From assembly GCA_963845755.1 (NCBI GenBank), contig CAWJTV010000011.1:1312001-1376000 (forward strand): 64,000 bases of DNA, in the 5' to 3' direction. This DNA is from an uncultured Planctomycetota bacterium (GTDB lineage Bacteria > Planctomycetota > Planctomycetia > Isosphaerales > Isosphaeraceae). Shown here piece after piece: positions 11,030 through 20,843 of the stretch. Both the position numbers and the translations under genes were made by a program. How positions within the stretch are numbered: the stretch's first letter is position 1; every line of letters begins with the position of its first letter. Under the pieces are notes generated by a model. That model searched no databases and had not been told where the DNA came from. It worked only from the letters and a program-made list of their open reading frames with translations.

Positions 11030-12907
11030 CTACCGGGGCGGCTGGGCCGCATCGGCCTCGAACTTCCGGTTCAGCTCGCGGATGACCTCCTCGGTGAGGT
11101 CGTTTCGCGGATTGGCGTAGATGACCGACCGGCCCAGGGCATCGTGCACTTCCTGGGGATCGGAATCGGCCCGAGGACCGACTGACACCTTGACGACGTA
11201 GTCCAATCCCCTGGCCTTGGCGACCTTGGCGATCACCTGTTGGATCTTTTGATAGAGAGTGGCCGTCATGCCGGCCTGACGTCGTGTGAATTCGCGCTCC
11301 GCCTTTTCTTGCTCGGTTTCCAACCGGTTCCTCAATTCCGAGACCTGCTTCTCGTGAATGATGTAATCCGGAGTGCCCGGGACGAACTTTTGCAGGAACG
11401 AGTCCCCCTCCTTCAGCAGTTGCCGGGATTTCTCCAGGTGTCGTTGCGCGGCCCCTGTATCGAGAGCGAGCTGGTCCATGAGTTTTTGAACCCTGGCATA
11501 ACGCTTCCAGACCGCGTCCATGTCGACCGAGCCGATCGCTGCGCCGGTCGGGTGCGGCCCAGACTGGCCGGTCGTTGGTTCGCCCAGTTGCTCGGGTGGA
11601 GGCGTCTCGCTCGGCGATTCCTCACGGCCCCAGTTCGGATCCAGTCCGATACGCTGCCGCTCGGTCATCAGCTCGCGGGCTTTGCTCAGGTAGCGGGTCT
11701 TTAACTCCTCGTAGTGCCGGGCTGCTTCCTCGGCTTGCTCGGCCCATTTCCGCCTCACCGAATCTTCATTCTCATTCGAGTCTACCACCTGGCGAGCGAT
11801 CTCGGCCCTGCGCTCCCTCTCCTCCAGCGCGGTCGTGACCTCCGCCTGGAGCATTTGAAGCTCGGCGGCAACCAGATGGAGCTCGAGTCGTTTCAACTCC
11901 CGTGCCACCGCAACTTCACCTCGGGTCGCGTCATTCGGCTCCTTCGAAGAGGCTTCGGGGATCCGGGCTGCCCGGACTTTCACGGGCTGGGTCCTGGATT
12001 GCGGTGTCCGCCCTACCGGCTGCGCGACCACGAATGCCCCGATTGCGAGGATGCCGCAGGCCAGCACCGCGAATTTCAGCTTGGTCATCAACATGGCGTT
12101 CAACGCTCCTTCCACCAGTAAGGCGACCGTTGCCGGGACCACCCCGGCCGTGGCCGCACCCGCCGCGAGGTCTCGAGCGGCCCGCGCCGTGGCTTCCACC
12201 AACTCGGCCGGCACAGCCGCCGAGGCCGATCGTACGGTCAATGTCACCGCCAGAAGTCCGGCCACGGGAGCCACACCGCGCCGGCCGAGTCGAGCCCGCA
12301 GCCACTCGCGGCCCCGGGTCAGCCGGCTCTTGACCGTACCGATCGGCCAGCCCAGGTGCCGCGCCACCTGTTCGTGAGTCAGACCCTCCAGGTCGCAGAG
12401 CACCACCGGCAGACGGCAGCGGTTCGGCAGGCGGTCGATCTCCTCGTGAAGGACCGCGAAGACGTCCTTCCATTCCTCTTCGCCGGAGATCAGACTGGGC
12501 CGACTTTCGGCCGCGCGGCGCTCATGCTCGCGACGCCGTGCGGCGGACCTCCTTGCCCGAGAGGCGATCCGGTAGGCGACTCGATGGAGCCATGGACCCA
12601 GCGAGTCCTGGACCCAGAGCGCCCGGGCCTTCTGGACCAGCACGAGAAACGTGGCCTGGAAGGCGTCCTGGGCGTCGTTCGGGTCGTTGAGGGAACTCCG
12701 GCAGACGCGCAGGACCATCGGGCCGTGCCGCTCAACCAGGGCCGCGAATGCCAGCTCGGCCGCATCGCCAGTGCACGTCGTAAACCGTTCCAGCAACTGA
12801 CCGTCCGACAGATCCCCGATCGTCCCCAGATGGAAGAGGGTTTCGAGTCCCCGTCGCACTGCCCCGTTCGGTCGAATCGCCACGGGTGGTCTCCCTGGTG
12901 TTGCCAT
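11030..12907 (-). CDS. Planctomycete extended ECF sigma factor with TM segment and C-terminal OmpH/Skp-like domain
   Basis: SDGQLLERF, DAQDAFQATFLVL, GTVKSRLTRGR; TM KFAVLACGILAIGAFVV; C-term IGSVDMDAVW...IAKVAKARGLDYVV...DLTEEVIRELN. Confidence 0.85.
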   Translation of the reverse strand: MATPGRPPVAIRPNGAVRRGLETLFHLGTIGDLSDGQLLERFTTCTGDAAELAFAALVERHGPMVLRVCRSSLNDPNDAQDAFQATFLVLVQKARALWVQDSLGPWLHRVAYRIASRARRSAARRREHERRAAESRPSLISGEEEWKDVFAVLHEEIDRLPNRCRLPVVLCDLEGLTHEQVARHLGWPIGTVKSRLTRGREWLRARLGRRGVAPVAGLLAVTLTVRSASAAVPAELVEATARAARDLAAGAATAGVVPATVALLVEGALNAMLMTKLKFAVLACGILAIGAFVVAQPVGRTPQSRTQPVKVRAARIPEASSKEPNDATRGEVAVARELKRLELHLVAAELQMLQAEVTTALEERERRAEIARQVVDSNENEDSVRRKWAEQAEEAARHYEELKTRYLSKARELMTERQRIGLDPNWGREESPSETPPPEQLGEPTTGQSGPHPTGAAIGSVDMDAVWKRYARVQKLMDQLALDTGAAQRHLEKSRQLLKEGDSFLQKFVPGTPDYIIHEKQVSELRNRLETEQEKAEREFTRRQAGMTATLYQKIQQVIAKVAKARGLDYVVKVSVGPRADSDPQEVHDALGRSVIYANPRNDLTEEVIRELNRKFEADAAQPPR

Positions 12908-12967
12908 CGTTTCTATGAGGATAATCCCATTGAGGATATCGGCGGTTCGAACTTTTTCATAACGACA

Positions 12968-13990
12968 CCTGTCGATGAACTCACTGGCGATCGAGATGAC
13001 CGTGCCGGCCGGCCCCAGCACCTTGGCCTCCAGCACCTGGTGCATATATAGCGTCGTCTCACCGTGCCGCTGGGTCAGGCAATCGTCGCAATGCCGGGAG
13101 TGAAACACCAGATAGCCCGAGCCGTCAATCAAGACGACGAACCGCCCCTGCAGCCGCGCCGCGTCCAGAGCCTTCATGCGGATCAACCGCTGGACCATCC
13201 GCTGCCGCAACCCGGCGATGGGGTCGGGGCCGATTTTCCCCAGGAAGTACTCCAAGGTCTGGTTCACCGGCCGGCTCTCTTGCGCCGTACCCGCCAGACG
13301 ATTGAGATTGGGCAGGACCTCCGGGCCGTCGGTGTTCAACTGGTAGTCCAGTTGTGCCGGCTGCTCAACTTGCACAGGAACAAACTCAGCCCCCACCACA
13401 GCAGGAACCGCTTGTGGTAGATCACCAAGGGGGCAAACCGCGGGTCATCGATCGCATCGATCCAGGTGTTGAGATCGGGGAAGAAGTGACCCAGGGTTCG
13501 CACCAGGATAGGTCCGATGTTCAGCGTCGTCCCCGCCGCCGCTTTCGGTGCGAGACGTGGCCCTGGATCAAGGCCAGGGTCAACTGGCTGATTTCGTGGA
13601 TCAGGCCTTTGAGACGTTGGTGTTCTTGCACCCATTCTTGGACCTCCGTGAGCAGGTCCTGGGGCACATACACCGTGCGAGTCTTACCCCCCTCCGAGAA
13701 GGTGAGGTGGTGGGCGGAGTGCAACGGGCCACCGTGGTGGCAGGCGCAGGAGGGCTGGCCGCAACGTTTCTGCACCTGGGCCAGGCTGGCCGCCAGGAGC
13801 GGCCCAGCCGGAGCCAGTTGCTTGAGGCGGCGGTCGAGCATCCGACGGACCAGCGTGGGGTGGCTCGGCACATGCATCGATGGGCCCCTGGAACTTCCGG
13901 TAAGTGGACCTTATACCGGGAAAGGCCCGAAAAGTCATGAGGTGCGAAGAAAAAAATTGAGGGCCTAGGATGGTCGGTGCTTTCAACAGA
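12968..13990 (-). mobile_element. Truncated IS: DUF6788-like ORF plus 5' part of a DDE transposase
   Basis: Small ORF 13521-13877 with KRCGQPSCACHHG..H and TRTVYVP, followed by a transposase fragment (DDPR..IY, VLIDGSG, CDDCL, HQVLEAK) that stops abruptly near 12970. Ends not resolved. Confidence 0.75.
13521..13877 (-). CDS. DUF6788-like IS accessory protein
   Basis: Cys/His motif RCGQPSCACHHGGPLH; directly upstream of the transposase. Confidence 0.7.
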   Translation of the reverse strand: MHVPSHPTLVRRMLDRRLKQLAPAGPLLAASLAQVQKRCGQPSCACHHGGPLHSAHHLTFSEGGKTRTVYVPQDLLTEVQEWVQEHQRLKGLIHEISQLTLALIQGHVSHRKRRRGRR

Positions 13991-14054
13991 GGTTCTACTC
14001 GGGACTTACGCTGCCGTCAAGGTGCGACAAATTCCCCAATTCCTCAGAGTGGGG

Positions 14055-14161
14055 ATCTCGTTCCCATGCTCCGCGTGGGAATGCCGTCCTGGCCGCTCCG
14101 CGGCCCGGGCGACGCGGAGCGTCGCACCCTCACGTTCCCACGCGGAGCATGGGAACGAGAT
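14055..14161. repeat. REP/REPIN-like inverted repeat (CTCGTTCCCATGCTCCGCGTGGGAA family)
   Basis: 27-bp terminal inverted arms with internal hairpins; second copy, inverted, at 20510-20613. Confidence 0.85.
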
Positions 14162-14220
14162 GACCCGGTGTCGATACGACAGTCTCTGTTTCCACAGCCC
14201 TTTTTCGAGAGTGACTGACC

Positions 14221-15330
14221 ATGTCGTGGCGCCAGCGGTTCCTGTTGTGGTTTGGCCCGAGCATCCTGGGTGGCATCACTTTTGGGGATTGGTTGGCGTT
14301 GCTTCGCGAGAATCGCTTTGACGTCGATCCGTCTTACTGGTTGCGGGCCGCCAGCATCACGCTGTGCAGTCTCGGGAACTCTCTGGATCGTCGCCGTGAG
14401 GAGGCCAGCTATGGACAAGAGGTTCGCGACACTACGGTGGATCCTCCGGTCTTCTTGCTCGGAATCTGGCGCAGCGGGACCACGCATCTCCAGAACCTCT
14501 TCGCCGTCGACGAGCGCTTCGCCTTTCCCAACTGGTATCAGGTCAGTTACCCGCACTCATTCCTGGGCACCGAGGCCAAGAGATCGCGGTTCCTCGGCGT
14601 CTTGATCCCCGAGACGCGGTTCCAGGACAACATGAAGTACGGCCTCGCGTTCCCCGCGGAGGACGAGTTCGCCATTTCCACCGTCTCGGCGCGTTCGGTC
14701 ATGATGAGCTGGATCTTCCCGCGGCGGGCGGAACACTATGCCCGATACGCGACTCTGGGCGAAGTCCCCGAGGCTGAGGTCGCCGAATGGAAGGCCGCGC
14801 TCCTCGGGTTCGTCAAGAAGCTTTCCTGGAGGTATCGCAAGCCCGTCGTCCTCAAGTCCCCCTGCCATACCGGGCGAATCCGGCTTCTCCTCGATGTCTT
14901 CCCCGAGGCGAAGTTCGTTCACATCCACCGAGATCCCTATGCCGTTTTCCAATCCTCCTGCCATACGACGCGCGAGGGGATAAAGTATTGCACCTTGCAG
15001 CGGCACAACCTCGATGTGGAGGAATGGGCGATTCGCCGATATCGTGAGGTCGTGGACGCCTTCCTCGCGGAGAAGGACCTGATCCCGGCGGGGCGATTCC
15101 ACGAGCTTCGTTATGCGGACCTGGAACGCGACCCCGTCGGCCAGATGCGAACGATTTACGAGGCGCTCGGACTTCCCGACTTCGGCGACGTGGAGCCCTC
15201 GGTCCGGCGCTACGTGGACTCGCTGGCGGGTTATCAGAAGAATGTCTACGCCGAGATGCCTCCGGCGACGAAGGAGCGACTTCGGAACGAATGGCAACGC
15301 TCCTTCGCAGCGTGGGGATATCCCACCTGA
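14221..15330 (+). CDS. Sulfotransferase family protein
   Basis: PVFLLGIWRSGTTHL (5'-PSB loop), LKSPCHTGRI, FVHIHRDPY. Confidence 0.9.
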   Translation: MSWRQRFLLWFGPSILGGITFGDWLALLRENRFDVDPSYWLRAASITLCSLGNSLDRRREEASYGQEVRDTTVDPPVFLLGIWRSGTTHLQNLFAVDERFAFPNWYQVSYPHSFLGTEAKRSRFLGVLIPETRFQDNMKYGLAFPAEDEFAISTVSARSVMMSWIFPRRAEHYARYATLGEVPEAEVAEWKAALLGFVKKLSWRYRKPVVLKSPCHTGRIRLLLDVFPEAKFVHIHRDPYAVFQSSCHTTREGIKYCTLQRHNLDVEEWAIRRYREVVDAFLAEKDLIPAGRFHELRYADLERDPVGQMRTIYEALGLPDFGDVEPSVRRYVDSLAGYQKNVYAEMPPATKERLRNEWQRSFAAWGYPT

Positions 15331-15428
15331 ATCGGTCGAGGCTGGATGACACCCGGTTTTTTGAAGTAGTTTCCGCCGCGACGGGCCTCTATCCGATCGG
15401 AAGGCCGATTTGAACGACGAGGGACCTC

Positions 15429-16898
15429 ATGGCAGGGATCACCACGGGCGTCGTGCTGAGGCAACTTCGAGCACTGTTTGACCGCGGGTCGATCGGGGGA
15501 CTGAGCGACAGTCAGCTCCTCGAGGGATTCGCCGTGCACCGCGACGAGGATACCTTCGCCGCGCTGGTCGATCGGCACGGTCCGATGGTGCTGCGCCTCT
15601 GCCGGCAGGTCCTCGGCGACGAGCATGAGGCCCAGGACGCCGCCCAGGCGGTCTTCCTCGTGCTGGCCCGCCGGGCCGGGTCGATCCGGCGACAGGACTC
15701 GGTCGCCGGCTGGCTGTACCGCGTGGCCCGTCGCATCGCGATCCGGACGCGGGTCGTGGCGGCCCGGCGCCGCGAGATCGAATGGCGGAAAGCCCAGATG
15801 GAGACGCCCTCGGCTCGCGACGATCGACCATACGTCCCCCAGACCGAACTCTATGAGGAGTTGGACCGGCTCGCCGAGCGGTATCGGGCGCCGCTGGTCC
15901 TCTGTTACCTCGAGGGCCTGACTCACGAACAGGCCGCCCAGCAGCTCCGATGCCCCGTCCGGACCGTCGAGACGCGCTTGCAGCGTGGACGTGCCCGCCT
16001 TCGCGAACGATTGATCCGCCGCGGGGTGGTCCCGTCGGCGGTGCTGGCCGGTGCCAGCCGATCGGCGCCGGCCGCTTTGCCGGCGGCATGGACCGCGGCG
16101 ACCGTTCGGGCCGGAATCGCTTTCCACACACGTCATGCGGCGGCCGTCGGGATGGTCTCGGCGCAGGCCGTTACCCTGGCAGAAGGAGTCCTCAGAGTCA
16201 TGTTCCTCAAGAAGCTTGGGTTGGTCACGATCTTGCTCGTGATCCTCGGCGGAGTTACCGTCGGTGGTGGCGTGTGGGCGAGTCAAGGCGTGAAGCTGGC
16301 GGTTCCGGATCCGGTTCCGCCGGCGATCTCACCACCGTCCGCTTCGATGCCGGAGATCCCGTCGCCCGGCCCCGAGCCGGACGCCCTGGTCGTCCTGCAA
16401 ACCCAGAAAGACTCGAAGGATGATGGCGCTCGTGAACTCTCGCGTGATGACGGCAAGATGGTCGGCAAGCGGAGCATCGCGGGCGGCGGGCATGCCGTCC
16501 GGTTCGAGGCGCCCGGCGAGGGGTGGACGCTGACGGCGGTCCGGGTCCATGGGGCACGCTATGGCACGCGCCGCGTACCCCGTGAGGACTTCGCCGTCTT
16601 TCTCTGTGATGAGGAGTTCCACCAGATCAAGGAGTTCTTGTTCCCTTACTCGAAGTTCGAGCGGGGCGATTCCAAGTGGGTGACGCTGGAGGTCGAGCGG
16701 ACCAAGCTGCCCAAGACGTTCATCCTCGGGGTCGATTTCGATCCGACGCAGACCAAGGGCGTGTACGTCAGCCACGACCGGGAGGGAAGTGGTAAATCGA
16801 TGGTCGGCCTGCCCGGAGAGGGGCATCAGCCATTCCAGCAAGGGGATTGGCTGATTCGTGCCAGGATCGAGTCGGCCAAGGAAAAGGCCGCGAAATGA
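15429..16898 (+). CDS. Planctomycete extended ECF sigma factor with TM segment and unknown C-terminal beta domain
   Basis: SDSQLLEGF, AQDAAQAVFLVLARR, TVETRLQRGR; TM at ~aa 260-285; Pro-rich linker; ~150-aa C-terminal domain. Confidence 0.88.
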   Translation: MAGITTGVVLRQLRALFDRGSIGGLSDSQLLEGFAVHRDEDTFAALVDRHGPMVLRLCRQVLGDEHEAQDAAQAVFLVLARRAGSIRRQDSVAGWLYRVARRIAIRTRVVAARRREIEWRKAQMETPSARDDRPYVPQTELYEELDRLAERYRAPLVLCYLEGLTHEQAAQQLRCPVRTVETRLQRGRARLRERLIRRGVVPSAVLAGASRSAPAALPAAWTAATVRAGIAFHTRHAAAVGMVSAQAVTLAEGVLRVMFLKKLGLVTILLVILGGVTVGGGVWASQGVKLAVPDPVPPAISPPSASMPEIPSPGPEPDALVVLQTQKDSKDDGARELSRDDGKMVGKRSIAGGGHAVRFEAPGEGWTLTAVRVHGARYGTRRVPREDFAVFLCDEEFHQIKEFLFPYSKFERGDSKWVTLEVERTKLPKTFILGVDFDPTQTKGVYVSHDREGSGKSMVGLPGEGHQPFQQGDWLIRARIESAKEKAAK

Positions 16899-17097
16899 GC
16901 CGATCGCCTGGAAATCGGGCGAATCGCATCGTCGCTAGCCGCGGGTGAGGTCCGGAAGAAGATCGTAGGATGCGGCCTGGATCCCTTCCACGGCAACGCG
17001 ATCCATCGCCTCGGCGAGCGTGTCACGTTCGTTCAAGGGTTTGAGGATCCACGTACACCAATCCGAACGCGGACTTCGGCTGCAACCCAATAAATGG

Positions 17098-17160
17098 TGG
17101 TTTCAAAAGGGGGGACAGGCACCTCGAAGACTCGGAGCCAGTCCCCGTTTTGAAACAGCG
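17098..17160. repeat. Short MITE-like inverted repeat (TTTCAAAA-GGGGACAGG...CCAGTCCCC-TTTTGAAA)
   Basis: Imperfect terminal inverted repeat between convergent genes; preceded at 17066-17090 by a lone hairpin end of the CTAA element. Confidence 0.6.
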
Positions 17161-17206
17161 TGTAGGGAATTCAAAGCAGAGATCCCACGGAGGGCGCCTC
17201 GGTACA

Positions 17207-17545
17207 TCAACGTCCCAAGAGCTTGTCCAGCGCCGCGAAGATTTCGACGAGCACTCCGGCACTCAGGGTGCCGACCCGATCACCAATGCGCCGTCGGTTG
17301 ACAGCCCGCGTTTGAAAGACGAGCGCGACCGACGGGTATTGCAAGCCGTTCTCGTCGCTGGGCTGCACGAGCGGTGTCCCGGGGAAGTGCAAGGTCGAGG
17401 TCGCCGTGGTCAGCGGGACGGTGAGGACAACGGGCAGTTTGCCCGCATAAGCGTCGTCTTGGATGATGACAGCAGGCCGGCGCCCGGTCTGCTCATGGCC
17501 AGTGGAGGGCGGGAGCTCGACCCAATGGACGTCGCCAACGGTCAC
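17207..17545 (-). CDS. mazF: PemK/MazF toxin
   Basis: GDVHWVELP..GHEQTGRRPAVIIQ, VPLTT, SVALVFQTRAV..RRI..VGTL. Confidence 0.9.
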   Translation of the reverse strand: MTVGDVHWVELPPSTGHEQTGRRPAVIIQDDAYAGKLPVVLTVPLTTATSTLHFPGTPLVQPSDENGLQYPSVALVFQTRAVNRRRIGDRVGTLSAGVLVEIFAALDKLLGR

Positions 17546-17762
17546 AACCGCTCCTCCCGCTCCCATTGATCGATCAGCGCCCAGGCCTCGTCACCCACCC
17601 GTTCCCAGGCATCGAATTCGGCACGCACTTCCGGCGTCAGCTCGGGTGAGGACGAAGGGATCACGATCTCGACCTGCGCCCCTCCGGGAGCGGGATGGGC
17701 CCTTGGGGCACGACCAACCCATTCTTGACCAATCCGGGGATGACCATACGCTCGGTTTCCAT
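17542..17762 (-). CDS. Putative antitoxin (GxVKNGxVVP type); frameshift near 17685
   Basis: IPGLVKNGLVVP..LPEG|AQVEIVI..EFDAWE; 4-bp overlap with the toxin start. Confidence 0.7.
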
Positions 17763-18002
17763 GGGTCCTCCTCGCCATTTCGCCAGGCTTGACCCCTCCA
17801 TCAGAGCATCGAGGAAGCCAGCGTACCAGCCTTCCGACACAAGCTCGGTGGTTCGGCCCGCGTCTCCGGGCACCGGAAGGGTCGTCGTCGAAACCGACGG
17901 CTGGAGGTCAGGCCTCCCAATCCGAGCATCCGTTCCCACTCACCACCAAGCTCGCCCTGTCCTCAATCGATGCCGGTTGGAACCACGCCTGGCCGGATTC
18001 GG

Positions 18003-20373
18003 CTATGGCAGCCCGAGTCGTTTCCGCGCGATCCACTCGATGGACAGGATGCCGAAGAACGCAATCAGGGCGAGGGGTTGATCCCAGAGCGGAGTTTCCT
18101 CGGTGCGGGTGACCGTCTTGGTCCGGCGCGGAGCAGGGGGGTGAGTTGATCGGCCTCGGAGTCGGCGAGGACGCGGCCGCCGGTCGCGGCGGCGAGGCGG
18201 TCGAGCGGATCGCGCGTGGCGGCCAGCTCGACGTTCTCGGTGGTCTCTCGCGCGATGACGTCGAGCCGCGCCTCGGGGACCGTCTCCCGGGCCGCGTTCA
18301 GGTGGAGCGCGTCGGCGAGTTGCGGCACATCGAGCCGGATCGCGTAGGTGCCGACCGGCATTGAGGGCGCGGTGCCCTCGAACGTGCGGGGTTGGCCGGG
18401 GATGGCGGACATCGGGATGAGGGCGACGGCTTCGCCGGTCGTCGTTGACGAGGAAGGATCCTTCTTGAACAATCGGGCGGCGATCAGGAGGTCCGGGGCA
18501 ACGCCATCGACGCCCTCGCTGATCCGCGCCTGGATCCGGACGTCGCTTCCCTCCATCACACGCGGTTGGGCCGGCCCGAACCGGACCAGGGCGTTGCCCG
18601 CGGTCAGCTTGCGAGTCGTCGCCCAGCGCACCACCTGGCCCCAGAAGCGGTGATGGTACGCGTCGCCGACGCGATGCCGCCAGCGCCAGGTGCTGTCCGT
18701 GCCGACCCAGAGGACCTTGCCGAGACCGTACGGTTGGGCTGCGATCGCTGCGGCCGACGAATCGTCACCGATCGCGGCCAGTACCGTGGCGCCGGGCTTG
18801 GACCGGCCAGAGAGCACCCAGGGGAGGCGCGGAAGGCCGGTCCAGATGGCTCGGTTCTGGACGGCATCGGCGGCAAGTTGGAGCATCGGCCAGGCGGCGG
18901 TTTCGAGGCCCGCGGCCGTCGGCAAGAGCGCAACGCCGGGGGGCAGGGCCGGGTGTGCCGGATCGTGCTGGGACGGATCGGTGAGGACGAGCTGGGGCTC
19001 GGTGATCGGTAAGAGCTGGCGGACCGTTTCCTGGCTCAGGAGCGTCGCCCATGACTTCGGGCCGGGGTTCAGGACCAGCGTCCCGCCGCGCTCGGCGACG
19101 TAGGATTCCAGCCGGGCTATGACTTCCGGCGTGAGATCGGCCGCGCCCACATCGCCGACGATCACGATGTCGAAGGCGCCGAGCGGGTCGGGCTGGCGGT
19201 CCGCTGGCTCGGGTCGGGCGGGGATCTGCGTCTCATAGGATGACGGGAACGAGCCGTCGGAACCGGGCTGCTCGAAGACGACGGCCGTGAGCTTCACGTG
19301 AGGGTCGCGGGCCAGGGCATTACGGAGGTAGCGGAACTCCCAGCGCGACTCGCCGTCGACGAGCAGGACGTTCGCCTTGTCGTCGGCCACCTGGATCATC
19401 AGGCTGCGGCGATCGTTGTCGGGCCGGGTGTCGCCGTCGAGCGGGCCGACCGCCAGCGAAAGGGCGGTCGTGCCGGGCTCCTCCATCGGGATCTGGAACG
19501 TCACGACCGGTCGAGTCGCCGAGCCATCGGCCGGCGCCCGGACCGACTGCCGCAACGGAGAGCGCCCGGGCCGGTCGAGCGTCACTGCGACCTCGCGGCC
19601 GGCGTAGTCGTCGATCTTGAGGGTGGCCTCGATGCGCGCGACGTCGCCCCGATACACGCTCTCCGGCGCCTTGACCGACGCGATCGCCGCGTCGCGCGGC
19701 GGAACCGTGGAGCCGACGAGGACGGGGAACACCGGGATCCCCCGGGCCGCGAGCCGATCGATCAGAGGTACAGGGTCGGCCGCCGCATTCTGCCGGCCGT
19801 CGGTCACCAGGACCACGCCGAGCACCGGCGCGCCGGCCTCGCCGGGCGCAAGGCCTCGGCCAACGCGGGCTGCCAGTCGGTTACCCGGCTCGAGGGATCG
19901 TCGGCCTTCGGCGGTTTCCTGAGTGACTCGGCCAGCGCGGCGAGGTTCGCTGGCGTGGTTGTCCGTGCGAACGCAAACGCGTTGACCGCATGGTCCACGG
20001 CGAGTCGCGCGATCGGCGCGGTCTCTGCCGCAATCAGCCTTCGCATGACCTCGCGGCGCGTTTCGGCCGGGCGGCCGGCGTCGGCAGTCTCCATGCTTTG
20101 CGAGACGTCCACGGCGACGATCACATGACCGCGCAACGTCTCGCTGAACACACGGGCTGCGATCGGCTCGAACAGCGCGAGGATCAGCGCCGCGGCCGCC
20201 GCCAATCGCAGGGCCAGCAGGGACAGGCCCGCCCGCCGCGAGACCAGACGACGCTCCGTGCGGTAGAGGATCCACAGCAGGATCAGCGCCACGGCTCCCG
20301 CGGCGATCCAGATCCCTCCGCGGCGATAGCCCGCCAGGAGAAGCCGCCAGCCGCCGAAGAGATCGAAGGTCAT
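18003..20373 (-). CDS. Membrane protein with vWA and GATase-like domains (MoxR operon); frameshifted
   Basis: VAVDVSQSM (MIDAS), VLVTDGRQN, VLLVDGESRWEFRYLRNAL, DSTWRWR..FWGQVVRW, C-term PLWD..EWIARKRLGLP*. Confidence 0.82.
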
Positions 20374-20509
20374 GAATCGGCCGCCTCCAGGCGATCGGAG
20401 GTCCACGAATTCAAAAAAAGGAATAGAACTCGAAATACACGAAAAAAGGAGACTGTAGCAACGGAACCGGGCTCAGGAAGGAAGGCCTCGTCCTCACACC
20501 ATCGGGATC

Positions 20510-20613
20510 CTCGTTCCCATGCTCTGCGTGGGAACGTCCGGGTGCGACGCTCCGCGTCGCCGGGGCCGCAGAGCGGCCAAGACGGCATTCCCACGCAGGA
20601 GCGTGGGAACGAG
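20510..20613. repeat. REP/REPIN-like repeat, same family as 14055-14161
   Basis: Near-identical inverted copy. Confidence 0.85.
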
Positions 20614-20843
20614 TTCCGATCACCCGGTCTCGTTGCTACAGACTCGAAAAAAGACAAAGAATAGCACGGGGCCAGGATGAGGATATCACAGTCGTGTTCT
20701 CCGGAAATAGCAGCCGGACAATGAATATTCAAAATATATATCATAAATTTAATTTTAAATATTAAATTGTTTTGTGAATTTTGTGTTCTAATTCCGATGT
20801 ATATTGTGGATAGCACATTTTGTGGACGATGTCTGGGGGATTT

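Noticed and set aside
11030..13399. 789-aa ORF as an evolved transposase-sigma fusion protein
   Set aside because: It is a truncated IS abutting a normal ECF that has its own ATG at 12907.
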